Shown here in pieces: positions 26,105 through 39,655 of a DNA stretch of 64,000 bases. The notes under the pieces are model-generated. The model saw nothing but the letters and a program-made list of their open reading frames with translations. It was not told the origin of the DNA and made no database searches. Location of the stretch: NCBI RefSeq assembly GCF_964355755.1, contig NC_092670.1, positions 23,794,795 through 23,858,794 of the forward strand, given 5' to 3'. The position numbers were made by a program, and so were the translations under genes. The stretch's first letter is position 1; every line of letters begins with the position of its first letter. The stretch comes from Antedon mediterranea (Eukaryota; Animalia; Echinodermata).

Positions 26105-26590
26105 AGAGAGGTTTCGCAATCTTACGAATACGATAACGAAAATGGATACGTCACGCACACGTATTCGTTTTCGTAAGCCATAAAAAAATATTGAGGCGCG
26201 TCCAAAATATGACTGCGGTAAATTTGAGCAAAGCGCAGGTACGTGTTGCTTGGTGCTTGGCTGCCTAGGCCTAGCGTAACATCAAAGCGAGTGAGGACTT
26301 TAAAAACTGCTATTTATCAAAATTGACTTGGCATTTTAGTAAATTACTTTAGTAAATTACTTTCAATAAATCTATAATTATATTATAATCATGAATCATT
26401 CCTGATTCAAATGCAAAATGTGCAAAATAGATCAAAAACTATACTCGTTTTGTAGTTAAGAATATGACTGGTGATATTCGTCAACACGAATATGCTTTAC
26501 AAATATGAAATGGGGATCAGCTCAAAAGTTTCACAAATGTATGATGTATCCGTTTTTGTTATCGTATTCGTAAGGTTGCGAAACCTCCCT
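26105..26590. mobile_element. MITE family X, copy 1
   Basis: ~50-bp TIRs AG(G/A)GAGGTTTCGCAATCTTACGAATACGATAAC / GTTATCGTATTCGTAAGGTTGCGAAACCTCCCT. Near-identical copies at 41493 and 49314. TSD is either TA or an AWT-type 3-mer (PIF/Harbinger-like). Confidence 0.9.
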
Positions 26591-26709
26591 ATTAACAACA
26601 TATTGCCATTACATTAAAATTACCAACCTGAAGACTGGATTGTCTAGGCCTAAGTTTTGTTTGCTATTGTTTAGCCAGTGGCAGCTATTAGTGCTCACTT
26701 GCTGAACCC

Positions 26710-26792
26710 ATGGACGCCAGAGCTTAATGGACGCCAGAGCTTAATGGACGCCAGAGCTTAATGGGCTCCAGAGCTCAAGGGGCCCGAGAGCA
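26710..26792. repeat. 17-bp tandem repeat ATGGACGCCAGAGCTTA
   Basis: Three perfect and two degenerate copies. Confidence 0.85.
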
Positions 26793-26939
26793 CGAGTAGT
26801 GGAATTAATGCAACTACCTAGCGTTGGAGTGCCCTTTAGGAGTGCAAGACTGTCACTTCACAAACCTATGCTGACAATCTTTAATGCCATACTGCTCTAT
26901 CAACTTTTGCAAAGACAAACAATTAGGAACTGAACTTAC

Positions 26940-27168
26940 TTGAAGCATTAGTGTAGTTTCAGCTATGCTTTCATCCTCTTTTACGGCTGGAACATTGTAA
27001 TATTCTCCTTCCTCTTCATTTAAAAGTTTAAACCATCCTTCCATCGGTGTTTTCAAAAGCTCCGAGACTCCAAAAGAAAGCGCACCCATGAAGTCATTAC
27101 GAGATGTTCTATCCCAGTCCCATACTGCAACTGATAAACGACGCGCTTTATCTTCTTCCTTTAATGGG
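26940..27168 (-). CDS. PKC: Conventional PKC exon (C2 domain second half and start of hinge)
   Basis: Acceptor cttatttAG, donor GTAAGT, 229 nt. Translates (F)[86 protein letters not shown] supplies three Ca2+-ligand Asp. Confidence 0.97.
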
Positions 27169-30100
27169 CTAAATAAGACATAGATGGATCGATTTAAACA
27201 TCATATCATATTTTAAAAATCTTCCATATAAATAACTTGTGTCATTATCAACTTGAAACATCCTTTTGGAAAGGGATCCGCAGCTATGGGTTATACTCGG
27301 ATACCATCAATTTTGGTTGATTGTAAAATTGTTTTTATATCAGCCATGTATCCTTGCCATTTGATTGGTTAATTTCATACCATGTGTAGTTCAATATTAG
27401 TTATAGTGTACAGTAAAATGTTCTTCTTTAATGGTCCTATATAAACAGCAGCTTTAGTAAATGTTAAAATTAATAATACAATATCATGGATTTATATAGT
27501 GCCTAATGTTTTGAAACCTCTAAGCGCTGAATATTAGTATTAATATTTCAAAAAAAATATTTTAATTATTTATTATTATTCTAACTGGATTCACCACAAT
27601 TGACCAGGTATGTTTTTTCCAATTGGTGACAGAAAGATATATGAAATAAATTTGTTTGATTTTGACAATGACATGCACGACAGAAAATTTGTCAATTTCC
27701 TAGCTTTATACTCGACCACTCAACAAGACTCATGATACTTGATAATCTACTCAATATAGTGTTTTACTGTAGATTTAGCAGTAAATTGATGACTGAAATA
27801 GTAATTACAATGAAATCATCTTAAATATATATTTCAACAATTTATCAATGCGGACAGATCTTGTTTCTTCAGATGGAAACTAACAGTACATGTATGCATA
27901 TCACAATGTTCTAAATATAGCAAATTCATTAACCAATACCAGGGTTTGTACATTTTATGTTTGCTAACTTCGCCACGGCTTATTTCAACAAGCATCTATA
28001 AATTATGCGTAATTCTGAGATAGACGGACATAATGAATGCCAAAACCATCGTGGATACCTACACAGGCTATCTCAGATAGATATTTTGTAAAACGTAGAT
28101 TTGGTAATACACAATGATGGTAATATCAACAAACCAAACCGAATGGGTTTTCCTTTTTCAATTTTCGTTGATACACACATGCTTAAGTCACTTACACACT
28201 CAATGGATTTTATATAAAATCTTATCATTTGTATATTATCTTTCTCATGTCTTTTAATGCCAAGTATTATCTTTATGTACAGAATAAACAAATCTACTTT
28301 ATTCCCTTTTGGATAGTTTTCACATGTTTAAGATTTAAACTATTTCTTGTAACTTCTCGAGAAAAACAGTGTCTCTTTAAGATAAAGACAAAGAATCACA
28401 TATTTGTGTTGTTGTTATATGAAATAGATAAGGAATCAGATGTGCCATTTCTCATCGAATGCAACATGTACAAAGCGCTGTTTCCAATCTGACCTTTCTG
28501 AGCCAGACAATCAATAAAAGACACACAACTCTAGTACATTAATGTTTTACGTACATCTTTAAATGTCATGTTTTCTAGGTTGAGAGTTAATAGGCTGATT
28601 TGAGACGCACTATAGCATAACAGAGTTCTTTTTAATAATTTGTATTGTGGCTGGCAGAACACTATCCGTCTAAATACACTGAATATATTTGCTTGCAATT
28701 CTAATTATTGCATTCTGTATGACTATTGTACGCTAGTCTTATCTTGCATTGATGCAGAAAATATAAAATTAAAATGAAATATTAATCAATGATTGCAAAT
28801 TGATTAATAGTTTTTTCAAATCTGGTTGAATGAATGAACAAGTGAACGAAGATTATATACTTAATATACATATTTTGTCCTATACGATGTGTCGATCGGT
28901 AACGACAGAGATTTCAAAAACAAGACAGCCCTTAAGGCCTTTTCTTATATATACTGTATTACTATTGCACTTTCTGTTCCCAAATTTTACATTGCAGAGG
29001 GAAGTTCAAAATCTGAATGGAATCAATAACTTTGGCTAAATGAATGAAAAAGATACTCATCAATATCTTATGGCCTCTAGATTGAAAAGGGCACCTCAGG
29101 AAAAAGAGGGGTTCGTTCAGAAAAGCAAACCTGACTGGCTAAGTAACATTCTATAGCACTATGATTACATTGTATTATTATTTCTTTTATGATGAGTAGG
29201 ATGCGGGTTGGAAAAGTGATCTTGGTGTACTCATTCAAATGTACAGTCCCTGTCATGGATAGATGAGATTTAACTCATCTATTAAAATGTCTGTTTTCAG
29301 CTACTTTGGACATAATTAGTCTTTTATTGAAAAGTTTACATCTTGTTGACATTATACAGCTATTAGCTATATATAAATCGACCTATTATTATCTATATAA
29401 AATAGAATAATTATTTAATTGGCATATTTATTTGTTTAACTTATTTAAAGATTATAAGAAGTAGTCAAGCTGAAGAAAATGGTTTAAATCAGAAGCATGT
29501 TAAAGCTAATGTATATTAACAGACATCAGCTTCAATTATTTTCAGTGGCAATGGCACATACTTTAAATGTCAAATTTAAAACATGTGATGAATTCTTTCA
29601 CTAAAGAACATATTTCTTACAAATGTTTGCTAATAATATCAGCAGAAATATAAAACAACAGAATCTTATAGGCTGTTATGATCAATTATAAAATGTCAGA
29701 AAAATATTTAAAATTTTCAAATAAAATATTTAATGGTACAGGTACTTTTTAAATTAAAAAATTCTCATTAAGAAAATTGAAAACATTTATCAAGAAATTA
29801 TTCAGTTAAATTTTTTTAAATTGTCAGTGTATTTAAATATTATTTATATATTCTCTTTTGTGTGACTCTTCATTCGATCTTTAATAGTTTAATTATTATC
29901 TCTAAATACTCTCTACAATTTTATGATTATATTATACTCACTATTGAAAGGATTACTTGAAATAATGTAAATATATAATAAGTATATAATAATCAGGTGT
30001 TAGAAATCAGACACGTGCAGAAAATCCCATGAGATCAGAGATGATCATTATAAAGACATATGATTATTATCCTTATCTTAAAATAAATCAGAGAAGCACA

Positions 30101-31737
30101 TTTTGTCATACATAAAAAATCATCTGAATAATGTATGTTTCTGTATTTTTTGCTTTTTTTTCTTCTAGGCATTGAATGCCACTTTTATGGAAATTAATGC
30201 AAAATATTGATCTTTGATTTAATTATTTATTAGATCGACACATAAGAATGTCTAACGCAAATACTACCACGTTTACTTGTTACGTGAACATTCACATGTA
30301 TCAATTGGAATGAAATGTGCTTATAACTTGACTTGTAATTAAAATACTGTATGCTAGTGGAAAGCTAGTCCATATTGGCCTACATGTCTCGAAATGGAAT
30401 ATGATGGTGGTTTGTAAGAAAGCTCCAAATTTTGGGCATGGTTTGTGGACTGTATTATTTATGGAAAAGGGTATTCAATGAATTGTCTACTTTTACAAGT
30501 ATAACTCAATCTTTGAGAAAAATATGGCTATTGGTGATTTATCCAGGTAATCAAGACACAAAATAGACTACAGTGTTCTGGCAAGTCATGATGTTTTGTT
30601 AAAAATATTACTAGGACAATCTCAGCATTTATTTCTTGGAGGCCGAATATTACACCCAGACACCTGATGAGAATAATGTCTTGTATTTCAGGTCAGCTTC
30701 AGAAATGAATTGCATACATATAAATATAGTCTGGGCTCCAGACGGAGTTTTGTAAAAATATAAATATTTTTGCACATATGGCGTTTCATACGTGTATTAC
30801 TTGAGTTTTGATACTCCGTCTGGGGAGACACGCATAAGTCACGTGGTTTGACACCAAGAATTCTTGGTGCATAAATTATCCAGTTGACTAGTTTCAGCCG
30901 CATGCCATTGGCTACTCACTCGTACGTCGTTTTAATATTCATATTTCAGAATTTCAAAGACTCAACGTCTAAGACGATGTGCATGCGCTATGTTACGTTT
31001 AGACAATGTGTACTTGGGTACATTGATGAAAGTTTCTGAAGGCTAAAAATGATTTTATATGCCTAGTAGTCTGGTAAACATTTGATGAGATTTTTCCCAA
31101 GAACATGAAAACTCGTCGTGATATGATAGGCTAGCTTCTCCGCCAAATCAAACATTGAATGGATCATTTATTATGCGGAGAAAATTTGATTTAATTCCCA
31201 CCCAGACCCTGTCCTGTTCTGTGTGGTGGTGTAGTCCTGTTGTGTGCCGGTCGGTGGTGGTATGTACCTTATTGGCGTGGTGGGTCGTTTTATTTGGAAG
31301 GTCATACGTACGAGTTGAGTAGCCCTACGAACCCGCCTACGAAGGAGGCCTAGGCCAGAACAATTAATAAACAAAACAACTTGGCAACACGATTTTATAT
31401 TTCAACAGTTGTTCAGTCTCGATCGTACATTCAGCACACTGTACGTACGTACTCGATCTTTTTCATTTTGAAACAAAATGATCATTGGTTGATTCGAAAT
31501 CCATATTTACATACCGCCTGCCCCATATAGCCAAATACGGTATGATAACCTACGTCATTCTTATCGGATGTTTGCGGTTTGCAAATCGATTTCTATACGT
31601 GTTTCACAAGTCTGTATTTTCAGACAAAAATCGCGGTCGAAATAAAAACAAATAAATAAAAAAAAAGACAATAAATACAGACTTGGGGCAAGTCTAATAT
31701 AAATATTATGTCAAAAGAAATACTAAATAAAACTTAC

Positions 31738-31891
31738 AATACAAATGACTCGTTCCATGTTGGGTTAAGGCATGTCTTGATTGTCTTTGTTTTTTGTTTA
31801 GATCTTCCGGTATCAGGAATCAATTTAAGCTTCACGTATGGATCAGAAGATCCATTGGGATCCATAGGAATAAGATTCTTTGCTGATAAAA
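31738..31891 (-). CDS. PKC: Conventional PKC exon (C2 domain, first Ca2+-binding loop)
   Basis: Acceptor ctttttcAG, donor GTAAGT, 154 nt. Translates [51 protein letters not shown]. Confidence 0.97.
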
Positions 31892-33439
31892 CTGAAAAAG
31901 AGGAAAATGCATATGGATTCTTGATATATTTCATTTTTTAAGGTACACAAACTTTCTGTACTGTCTCATGTCTGTGAAAGAGATGGCATTTGGAAATTAT
32001 TACTGACATGGCCAAGCTCCAATCAAATTTTTAAATTAACACGCACATGAGTGCATACATTACATTACATATTACCGATGTTTGCAATAATACAATTTTA
32101 TCTGTATACTATTAAACACAAACAGTGGTTTTGTTTTGATAAATGGTAATTAACAAAGTGCATTGCATTTTAGTATTTATATATCCAAACTTGTATACCT
32201 ATCATTGAACTATTATTTATGCAATGGATTAAAGCACATGTTTTTAATATCATGCATCTATTGTGATACTAATAACTAAAATTTTTGAATTATAGATATA
32301 TTATGTAACATATGTTGATATTGATGCTACAATAATTATTACAACTTTTATGTGTCAGTTATTTTAAGATTTATATTTATGCATTCTACATATTACAGAC
32401 TCTTTTATTGACAGGTAGGGGTGTTCCCTCATTATGTAGGAAAGGGCTAATGTTGGTTTATCCAGGTAGCTAGGCACGAAATAGATGACAAAGGAAACTA
32501 GACATTCTATCTGAAATTTGTAAGAGGCTATGATAATTAATATCTATTTTATTGATAATAATAAATTTAAAACATTTTTTCCAGGACAGCAATACATCAT
32601 TTTTAAACTCCACTAAATCACTGCCTGTAAATAATAAATCTCAATTGGTTAAGAGAAGTATTCTTCAAATAAATTCTTCAATTAAAGTAAATTTATAGAA
32701 AGGAAGTATTTCTAAAGAGTAATAATGAACTTGTCCGAGTGATTTGTTTTGACAAGGGACGTGCTGGAGGGAACGAATATTAATGGACATGTTGATGAGA
32801 ATTGCATTGGTAAAGAGGTGGGTAGGTATTATGCTTACGTTGATGAAGAACTTTGTGATGACTGACTGTGATGTAGTAGGGAATGAAGTGGGAGTAATTA
32901 ATGAAGGGGATGAAAAATTGTTAAATGAGTTTACAAGAGAGAAGAGAAACGTTCATTAAGGAAAAGAGAAAAAGGGTATAATGTTGGAGATATTAGTATT
33001 CATGTTAATGAAGATTAGAAATGGTTCAAATTCACCATAGTAGTAAATTTGCTCGAAGTTTTTCATAATTACTAGGTAACAAATTAAAATCTAGTTATTT
33101 TTGGTATTTGAGGTTCTACCTGCCAATTCTGTATTAATTCAACATTTTATAGAATGAATTAGGTAATTTTATCAACAAATTTGCTTGATATGTTATACCC
33201 AAGAGAAATTGTTTACTTAGGGGATAAAAAAGCAAAAAGGTCTTTGATAGATGATTGATATAATACATCATTGGGAGGAGTATGGTGTTAGTTATACTAG
33301 AATAAATATTAAACGATGATGGTGAAAATGAAGATGGTAATATTGATTTTAGTATTAAGTGATAATGATGTTTAAGTTAATTGACAATAATTTGAATTTA
33401 CTGTTTTTGATCTTCGAAATTGATGAGGAAAGTTAATGT

Positions 33440-33712
33440 AATATTATCAAGATAATGATTTTAATGTTATCAAGATATATTGTTATCAATAAAATAATAT
33501 GTTATCAAGATAATATTCGTAATGATCAAGATAATGTTGTTAATGTTATCAAGATAATGATGTTAATGTTATCAAGACAATGATGTTAATGTTATCAAGA
33601 TATATTGTTAATGTTAACAAGATATATTGTTAATATCATCAAGCTAATGATGTTAATGTTATAAAGAAAACAATGTAATTGTTAGCAAGATAATGTTGCT
33701 AAATGTTATCAA
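33440..33712. repeat. ~21-bp minisatellite (AATGTTATCAAGATAATGATGTT-like)
   Basis: TTATCAAGATA core recurs at ~21-nt spacing. Confidence 0.85.
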
Positions 33713-33951
33713 AATCTTTGAATTTGTTTCAACCTGAAAATCTTTCTTGCTTTCTCTTCAATCTAGCTTTCTGAACTAATTTATTTTACTTATTTTTCTT
33801 GGCTCAATATAGTTACAGCAATTATTTTGCTTAAGCTGTCCCTGCCCAACATTTTTCATCTATTCTTGTTATTTTGTATATTATTGTATTAATATTATGC
33901 TGCAAAATGAAACGATATAAAAAGAAAGAAACATAATTCTTTTAAATATAC

Positions 33952-34080
33952 CTTTAACATGAAGGTTGCTACCTTCAACAGTGACATTTAATTGAATACG
34001 TCCACGTCTCTCTGTGTGATCTGACCCACATAGATTCGGCACATGTTTGATACAACGATCATGTACATTCATTTCACAAG
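33952..34080 (-). CDS. PKC: Conventional PKC exon (end of C1B, start of C2)
   Basis: Acceptor ttttttcAG, donor G|GTATAT, 129 nt. Translates (S)[42 protein letters not shown], containing the cPKC signature [12 protein letters not shown]. Confidence 0.97.
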
Positions 34081-34160
34081 CTGAAAAAAAAAACATTACC
34101 ATTAAAACGGCTTTTGAAATGAATTCCTTAATGTTTTAGTTGGTCAAATGTAGTATATCT

Positions 34161-34216
34161 AAATTTCTTCCGCAGAAGAATGGATAGTTCTATCCATTCT
34201 TCTGCGGAAGAAATTT
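34161..34216. repeat. Perfect 27-bp-arm palindrome
   Basis: AAATTTCTTCCGCAGAAGAATGGATAG-tt-CTATCCATTCTTCTGCGGAAGAAATTT. Confidence 0.92.
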
Positions 34217-34539
34217 CATAGATGTTTTGTGGGTGGTAGGCCAACTTTAGTGGTGGATTTTGTAATAGTTGGAGAAGTTAAATTAAAGTGCTGAACTTAA
34301 CGAAATGATCAATATATTGCATTGTACTAAACTTAGTCTAAATCTAGGACAGAGCGGAGGAGAAGAATAGCTTGCCCTAACTTGGATCTGCCTCTGGAAC
34401 TGTAGCTATTGCTCTTTAATTCCATATAAGCAAAAGGCCAATTTTTTAGCGTGATGTTGTACTAAATATGATGAAAAGATTTGTTCATTATGGAGCTGTT
34501 TTAGGCGATCCGATAAAATTTCATTTGTAAACGTTTACG

Positions 34540-34772
34540 ATTGGAATAGTATTATAGTTATACGCACGATCGCCGACCGCCGTACCCCAGCGCGAGCGAG
34601 CCCTTCTTGACGGCCACATGGTGTACAGTATTCGACTAGTAAGAAAAAACACTGTTTTGATGAAATATAAAGTGCATCTTATACATCGACGATATACAAA
34701 ATACCGATATTTTACTCTCAGTTAGGGGGTGCGTCTTATACACAGGTGCGACTTATACACCGAAATATACGG
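34540..34772. mobile_element. One end of a Tc1/mariner-pogo-type MITE
   Basis: Ends GGTGCGTCTTATACACAGGTGCGACTTATACACCGAAATATACGG|TA, a pogo/Tigger-like CCGTATATTTCGG terminus at a TA. Other end not found, left boundary approximate. Confidence 0.55.
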
Positions 34773-36104
34773 TATATTATATGTGAATAAAGTTGTTGAA
34801 CATTTCTTTTTTATTTTAGTGAATATTTCATACTAAAAAATGTTCATTGTATTAGTTTAACCACCTACAACATTTAGTTTGCAAAGATTCGTTGCAGACG
34901 TGTATCAAATCATTTCTGTTGTAAAAAACACTCTAGCGTGTATTAAAGTTTGAAGATTTTTCTAGTATTCAGTGTGTCGATATGTATGGCTGTCTCTGTC
35001 TAGACTATCAACAAGTACAGTAAATAAAACTAGATACCATACAGCACAACAAACCAATTTTCAAAAGTCTTTTTAGTAGGTTGATAATATGAGATATATA
35101 CACAGTATTTGTCTAGACTTTGGAAGTATGATAAATAAAACAATTAGGTGTATCATAAAGATGAATATGAACATTTAAAAAAAAAACTTTCTTAGAAATA
35201 CAAACAATTTTAAGTCTTAAGAATTGGAATCCATATAAATTTTCACAAGGAAAATTAATGCCTTCTAGACATTTAAATATTTATAAAAAATGAACGGCGG
35301 CAGACTGGAGCCTTTTCAACATGAATATTGATTAATACTAGTATAGTTATACACATTATTTCTAATATGCTCTTAACATAGAAAAGGAAGAACATTTGAT
35401 ATCCAAACACATTAGGTTCGAATTAAACATAATAATTTTGACATTACAGACAAAGTAAGACTTTAATAGTTTATTGTTTTGAACAAATGCATTTGTGACA
35501 ATAAAGAAATTAGTAAAAGTTTTCCAGTACACCATGTTTTTCCAAAAAGTTAAAATAAATGAAGACTTTATTTTATTTTTTTAAATACATTGACTGCAAG
35601 CTTTACTTTTAATCACCATGCTAGCAACAACAAACAATACAAAATAAAAAATGAGTACGCTCAGACTATGAAACCTCGTACATGGTTTTATGATCATCAT
35701 CCAACCTTTGACATTTTCTGGGATAATACTTGTATTAATACATTAAATTAGATTACATTAAAGCTTTATCACAGAATTACAAAATGCTATCTTCCTCAAT
35801 TATAGTAGTTAATGTATACATTCATTCATTCATATTAACAACAAACGCATAAAAACTCATGATATCTTCATATAATCCTTTGAATAGCTGCTTCTTGCGT
35901 TTTATGTTTCCTTAGAATAATTGAATGTTGGATAAAATTCGCAAAGAAAATCGTTTGAGAATGCAAAGGTTAAAATAAAGTTCAAAGTGGATACGGTAAA
36001 GTGTTTTAATATTGCATTTTACATTATTCATTTCAGTTCACTATATGAATATATTTCAATTTAAAAAAGTGTTGATATATTTTTAAATAAGAATCTAAAA
36101 GATT

Positions 36105-36805
36105 TAAGCAGTTTTGTAAAGAACTAAGCATTGGGAAGTATCAAGGGGTGTGGTAAAGTACCAATTGGTGTATACTGGTAAACCAAATGGTGTTGGAAAG
36201 AACAAAGTATATAGTAGTTTGGTAAAGAACCAAGCAGTTTGGAAAAGAACCAGGCAGTTTGGAAAAGAACGCAGTAAGGTAAAGAACCAAGTAGTGAGGT
36301 AAAGAACCAACCAGTTTGGTAAAAACCAAGCAATGTGTTAAAAAAGCAAATGATGTGGTAAAGAGTGCCTACAGTAGTTTGATAAAAAGTAGTTTGGTAA
36401 ATAACCAAGCAGTGTGGTGAAGAACCAAGCAGTTTCGTAAAGAACCAAGCAGTGAGGTAAAGAACCAGGTAGTTTGGTAAAGAACCAGACAGTGAGGTCA
36501 AGAGCCAAGCAGTGAAGTAAAGAACCAATCAGTGTGGTGAAGAACCAAGCAGTTTCGTAAAGAACCAAGCAGTTTCGTAAAGAACCAGGTAGTTTGGTAA
36601 AGAACCAGACAGTGAGGTCAAGAGCCAAGCAGTGTGGTAAAGAACCAGGTAGTTTGGTAAAGAAATAAGCAGTGAGGTAAAGAACCAAGCAGTTTGGTAA
36701 AGAACCAGGCAGTGAGGTCAAGAGCCAAGCAGTGAGGTAAAGAACCAATGAGTGTGGTAAAGAACCAATAAGTGTGGTAAAAAGCCAACAAATGTGGTAA
36801 AGTAC
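36105..36805. repeat. 20-bp minisatellite (GGTAAAGAACCAAGCAGT(G/T)(A/T))
   Basis: More than 30 degenerate copies with higher-order blocks. Accounts for the four overlapping ORFs in the track. Confidence 0.93.
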
Positions 36806-36896
36806 TGTAGCATAAGCGGAGTGTAAAAGTAGCAAGTACAGACTGTACTACATCATCACTAAATGGAGTAGAACATTAAGGCATGTTTTTACTTAC

Positions 36897-37008
36897 AATT
36901 ACATTTCATTCCTTGGTGGTATAGCCCGTACAGAAGAGATCCACAATGGTCACAAAAAGCCGGGCTACTATATGAATGAACTCTAAACTTATGTTGACTT
37001 CTTGGGTC
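36897..37008 (-). CDS. PKC: Conventional protein kinase C, internal exon (C1B zinc finger, first part)
   Basis: Not in the ORF track. Reverse strand reads ttttttaaatAG|GAC CCA AGA...AAA TGT AAT T|GTAAGT, 112 nt. It translates [37 protein letters not shown], the C1B motif of PKC alpha/beta/gamma. Its phase-1 end fits the next exon. Confidence 0.97.
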
Positions 37009-39309
37009 CTATTTAAAAAAAGACAAAACAACATGTTAAAATTTAATTATTGTTACATTAAAATTTATATATTTATTCAGATAGACTCTACAATGCTTTT
37101 TATACTACATAATTCAAGAGTATGGCTGGTCAAGTGGCAAAGGTAAGTAATAATAGTGAAAATAAAGATATAAAAAACATTATAATCTAGGCCTAAAATC
37201 TACATTAATACCAAATGTTTTAAGATTTGCATTTATGCAGCAAAGGAAGTCATAAAACAAAGGGAAATGAGGATGAACATGGTTAAAGTTCCTCATTCGG
37301 GAAAAAAAACCTGACCTAGATGAATTAAACGGTTGATGGTCTGACATTTGTAAAGTGCAGAACAAACAATGTCATATTTCCTCTCTAAATTCACTCAAGT
37401 TGAAGTTGGCAAAGCTTTCTGTATGGATTAGTAAAGTTGAAGAAGTCAGAACTATTATTATCTTATCTTTAAATTATCCATCTGTATGTCAATTTAATTT
37501 GATTGATAATGCAGTATAACAATTTAGGTAGTACTAGTATTGAAAACAGTTTTTCTAAATAGAAACAAGAAATTACTATCAGTACTTTCTTTCTTTCATA
37601 AAATCATTTTTGCCATAAAGTACAATATATAGAGTATCACAACATTTTCGGGATAAAGTTTACAGGATATCAGTGTTTTTGCTTTACAAAATGGATTACA
37701 TCCGAGAGAACAAACTAATAACCACATACCATAATTAGATACTTTGCTAAAATAAATGAACTTAATGTTTCCTTTATGTTTAAAACTAATAAATATTGAT
37801 GTTATGTATCAAGAAATGTCTAGCTTAAACTTCCTTATACTGTTTATTTTAATATTTAATATGAATTATTACTGTATTTTACCAAAGTACTGCACTAAAA
37901 CATTAAATTATTTTCCAATCAGGATGCAGTGGAAGTATCATTAAAATTACGGTTACTGGTTAACTACTTTTTGTAAATTCATATGCTTAATTCACATGGT
38001 ATTGCTATAGGATATTGGAATAGCATGTGAGGCATGGGTTCGATAACTGACTATGTCATAGTCCTATAGGAAAGATATTTTACTCTCATTGCCTCATCTA
38101 TTGGATGAGATGTAAAGCTGTTGATCCTGAGGCTGTGTATACATTGCTCATATGTACGATAGACCTTGGTACATTAATCAAAAAGAGTTGGAGGTTTGTC
38201 TCCAGGACTGTGTGCTGATCTACTAGGCACTTTGGGAGAACAATCTTGTACTGAAGAGGTCTCCCAGTAGAAGGTAGAAGTACAAAAAGAAACAAAATTT
38301 CACATTAGTGATATTGTAGGTTCACATGGGAGTAACTTGATCATGATGTAAATCTATAGAACCCTGGCCTAAATGCATATTCAAAGCCTCATACTCTTAG
38401 TATTCATTGTCAACTTCTTTTACGTTTTGCATAATACATCCATCAAGATTCTTTAGTAAATTGCCTTGCTGTAAGGTCATAATACGTGGCTTGATATTAA
38501 ATTCTCATTGGTTTCATTAGGGAATACAAACTCTATTAGTTTAGTCTTCTTCATTAAATTGTTTCTATTAATCTCACTGTCATAGTGTCAGAAGTAAATA
38601 TATTTGATTTAAAGGTATGTTTGAATAACAGCAAACAAAAGAACTGGGGAAAATTATAATTTCTATGTAATAAAGCTTAAATAAAATGATTTTTTCGTCT
38701 TGGTTCCATTTTCTGATAAAAAATTTAAACATTTGTATACGTAAATCCAGTTTAATCCAGCACAGATTATGGCATGTTAAACACTAACAGCGATTCCAAT
38801 TTTGATGAATTTCCTAATATTTTTACTAAGAAGAGTATGGCTGTATAAATTATATACCGACTAATATTAAAATTCTGACTTTTGCTTGATAAGTAGTAGA
38901 GTAATAAGTAATTAGAAAATCTTGGCATTAAACTGGATGGTACTACCGATGTCAAATACTTCTATATTTGCCTAGAAATGTACATGCCTGTTATGAAAAA
39001 GAAGATATGGTGATTTTCTTTGTAATATATACTCAAGTAATAAAATGTACATAATAAAGTATAAGAGCTTCCTCATACTAAAATGTACAGAAGCCCAAAG
39101 CAGTTACATAATGATAGAACACAATTCAGAAACATGCAATTATTACAAAGCTTGGAAGGCATTAAAATATGAATAACTGAATACTAATGAAATAGAATAT
39201 AAAAACATTTCAATTTGAATATCATTAAATATAACACGATGAATAAGCAGACATCATATTACTGTTTTTATGATAATTATTGAATCTGAAGTAATAATGT
39301 CTGTACAAT

Positions 39310-39648
39310 TTACTAGGATGCATTTGTCCAAAAAACTACTCTAAAATCCTACAAGGTGTGTCTTTTAAGATTTTGTCTTATAGAACTGTCTAGATGCTAT
39401 TTGTCCTACAGACAACTCTAAAATCTTATATGGTCTTTCTTATAGGATAATAGATTACTTGTGAGAATTGTCTAGTTATGCTATTTGTCCTACAGACAAC
39501 TCTAAAAACTGATATGGTCTTTCTTATAGGATCATATATTACTTGTCCTATAGAATTGTCTAGTATGCTATTTGTTCTACAGACAACTCTAAAATACTAT
39601 ATGGCAAGACAGTAGGATCCTATGTTACTTGTCCTATAGAATTATTTC
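39310..39648. repeat. ~70-90-bp degenerate tandem repeat, ~4 copies
   Basis: TGCTATTTGTCCTACAGACAACTCTAAAA recurs near 39395, 39479 and 39566, with a degenerate copy near 39319. Confidence 0.8.
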
Positions 39649-39655
39649 TATATTA

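Noticed and set aside
36104-36835. Four overlapping ORFs up to 165 aa
   Set aside because: Translations of a 20-bp minisatellite that is open in several frames.
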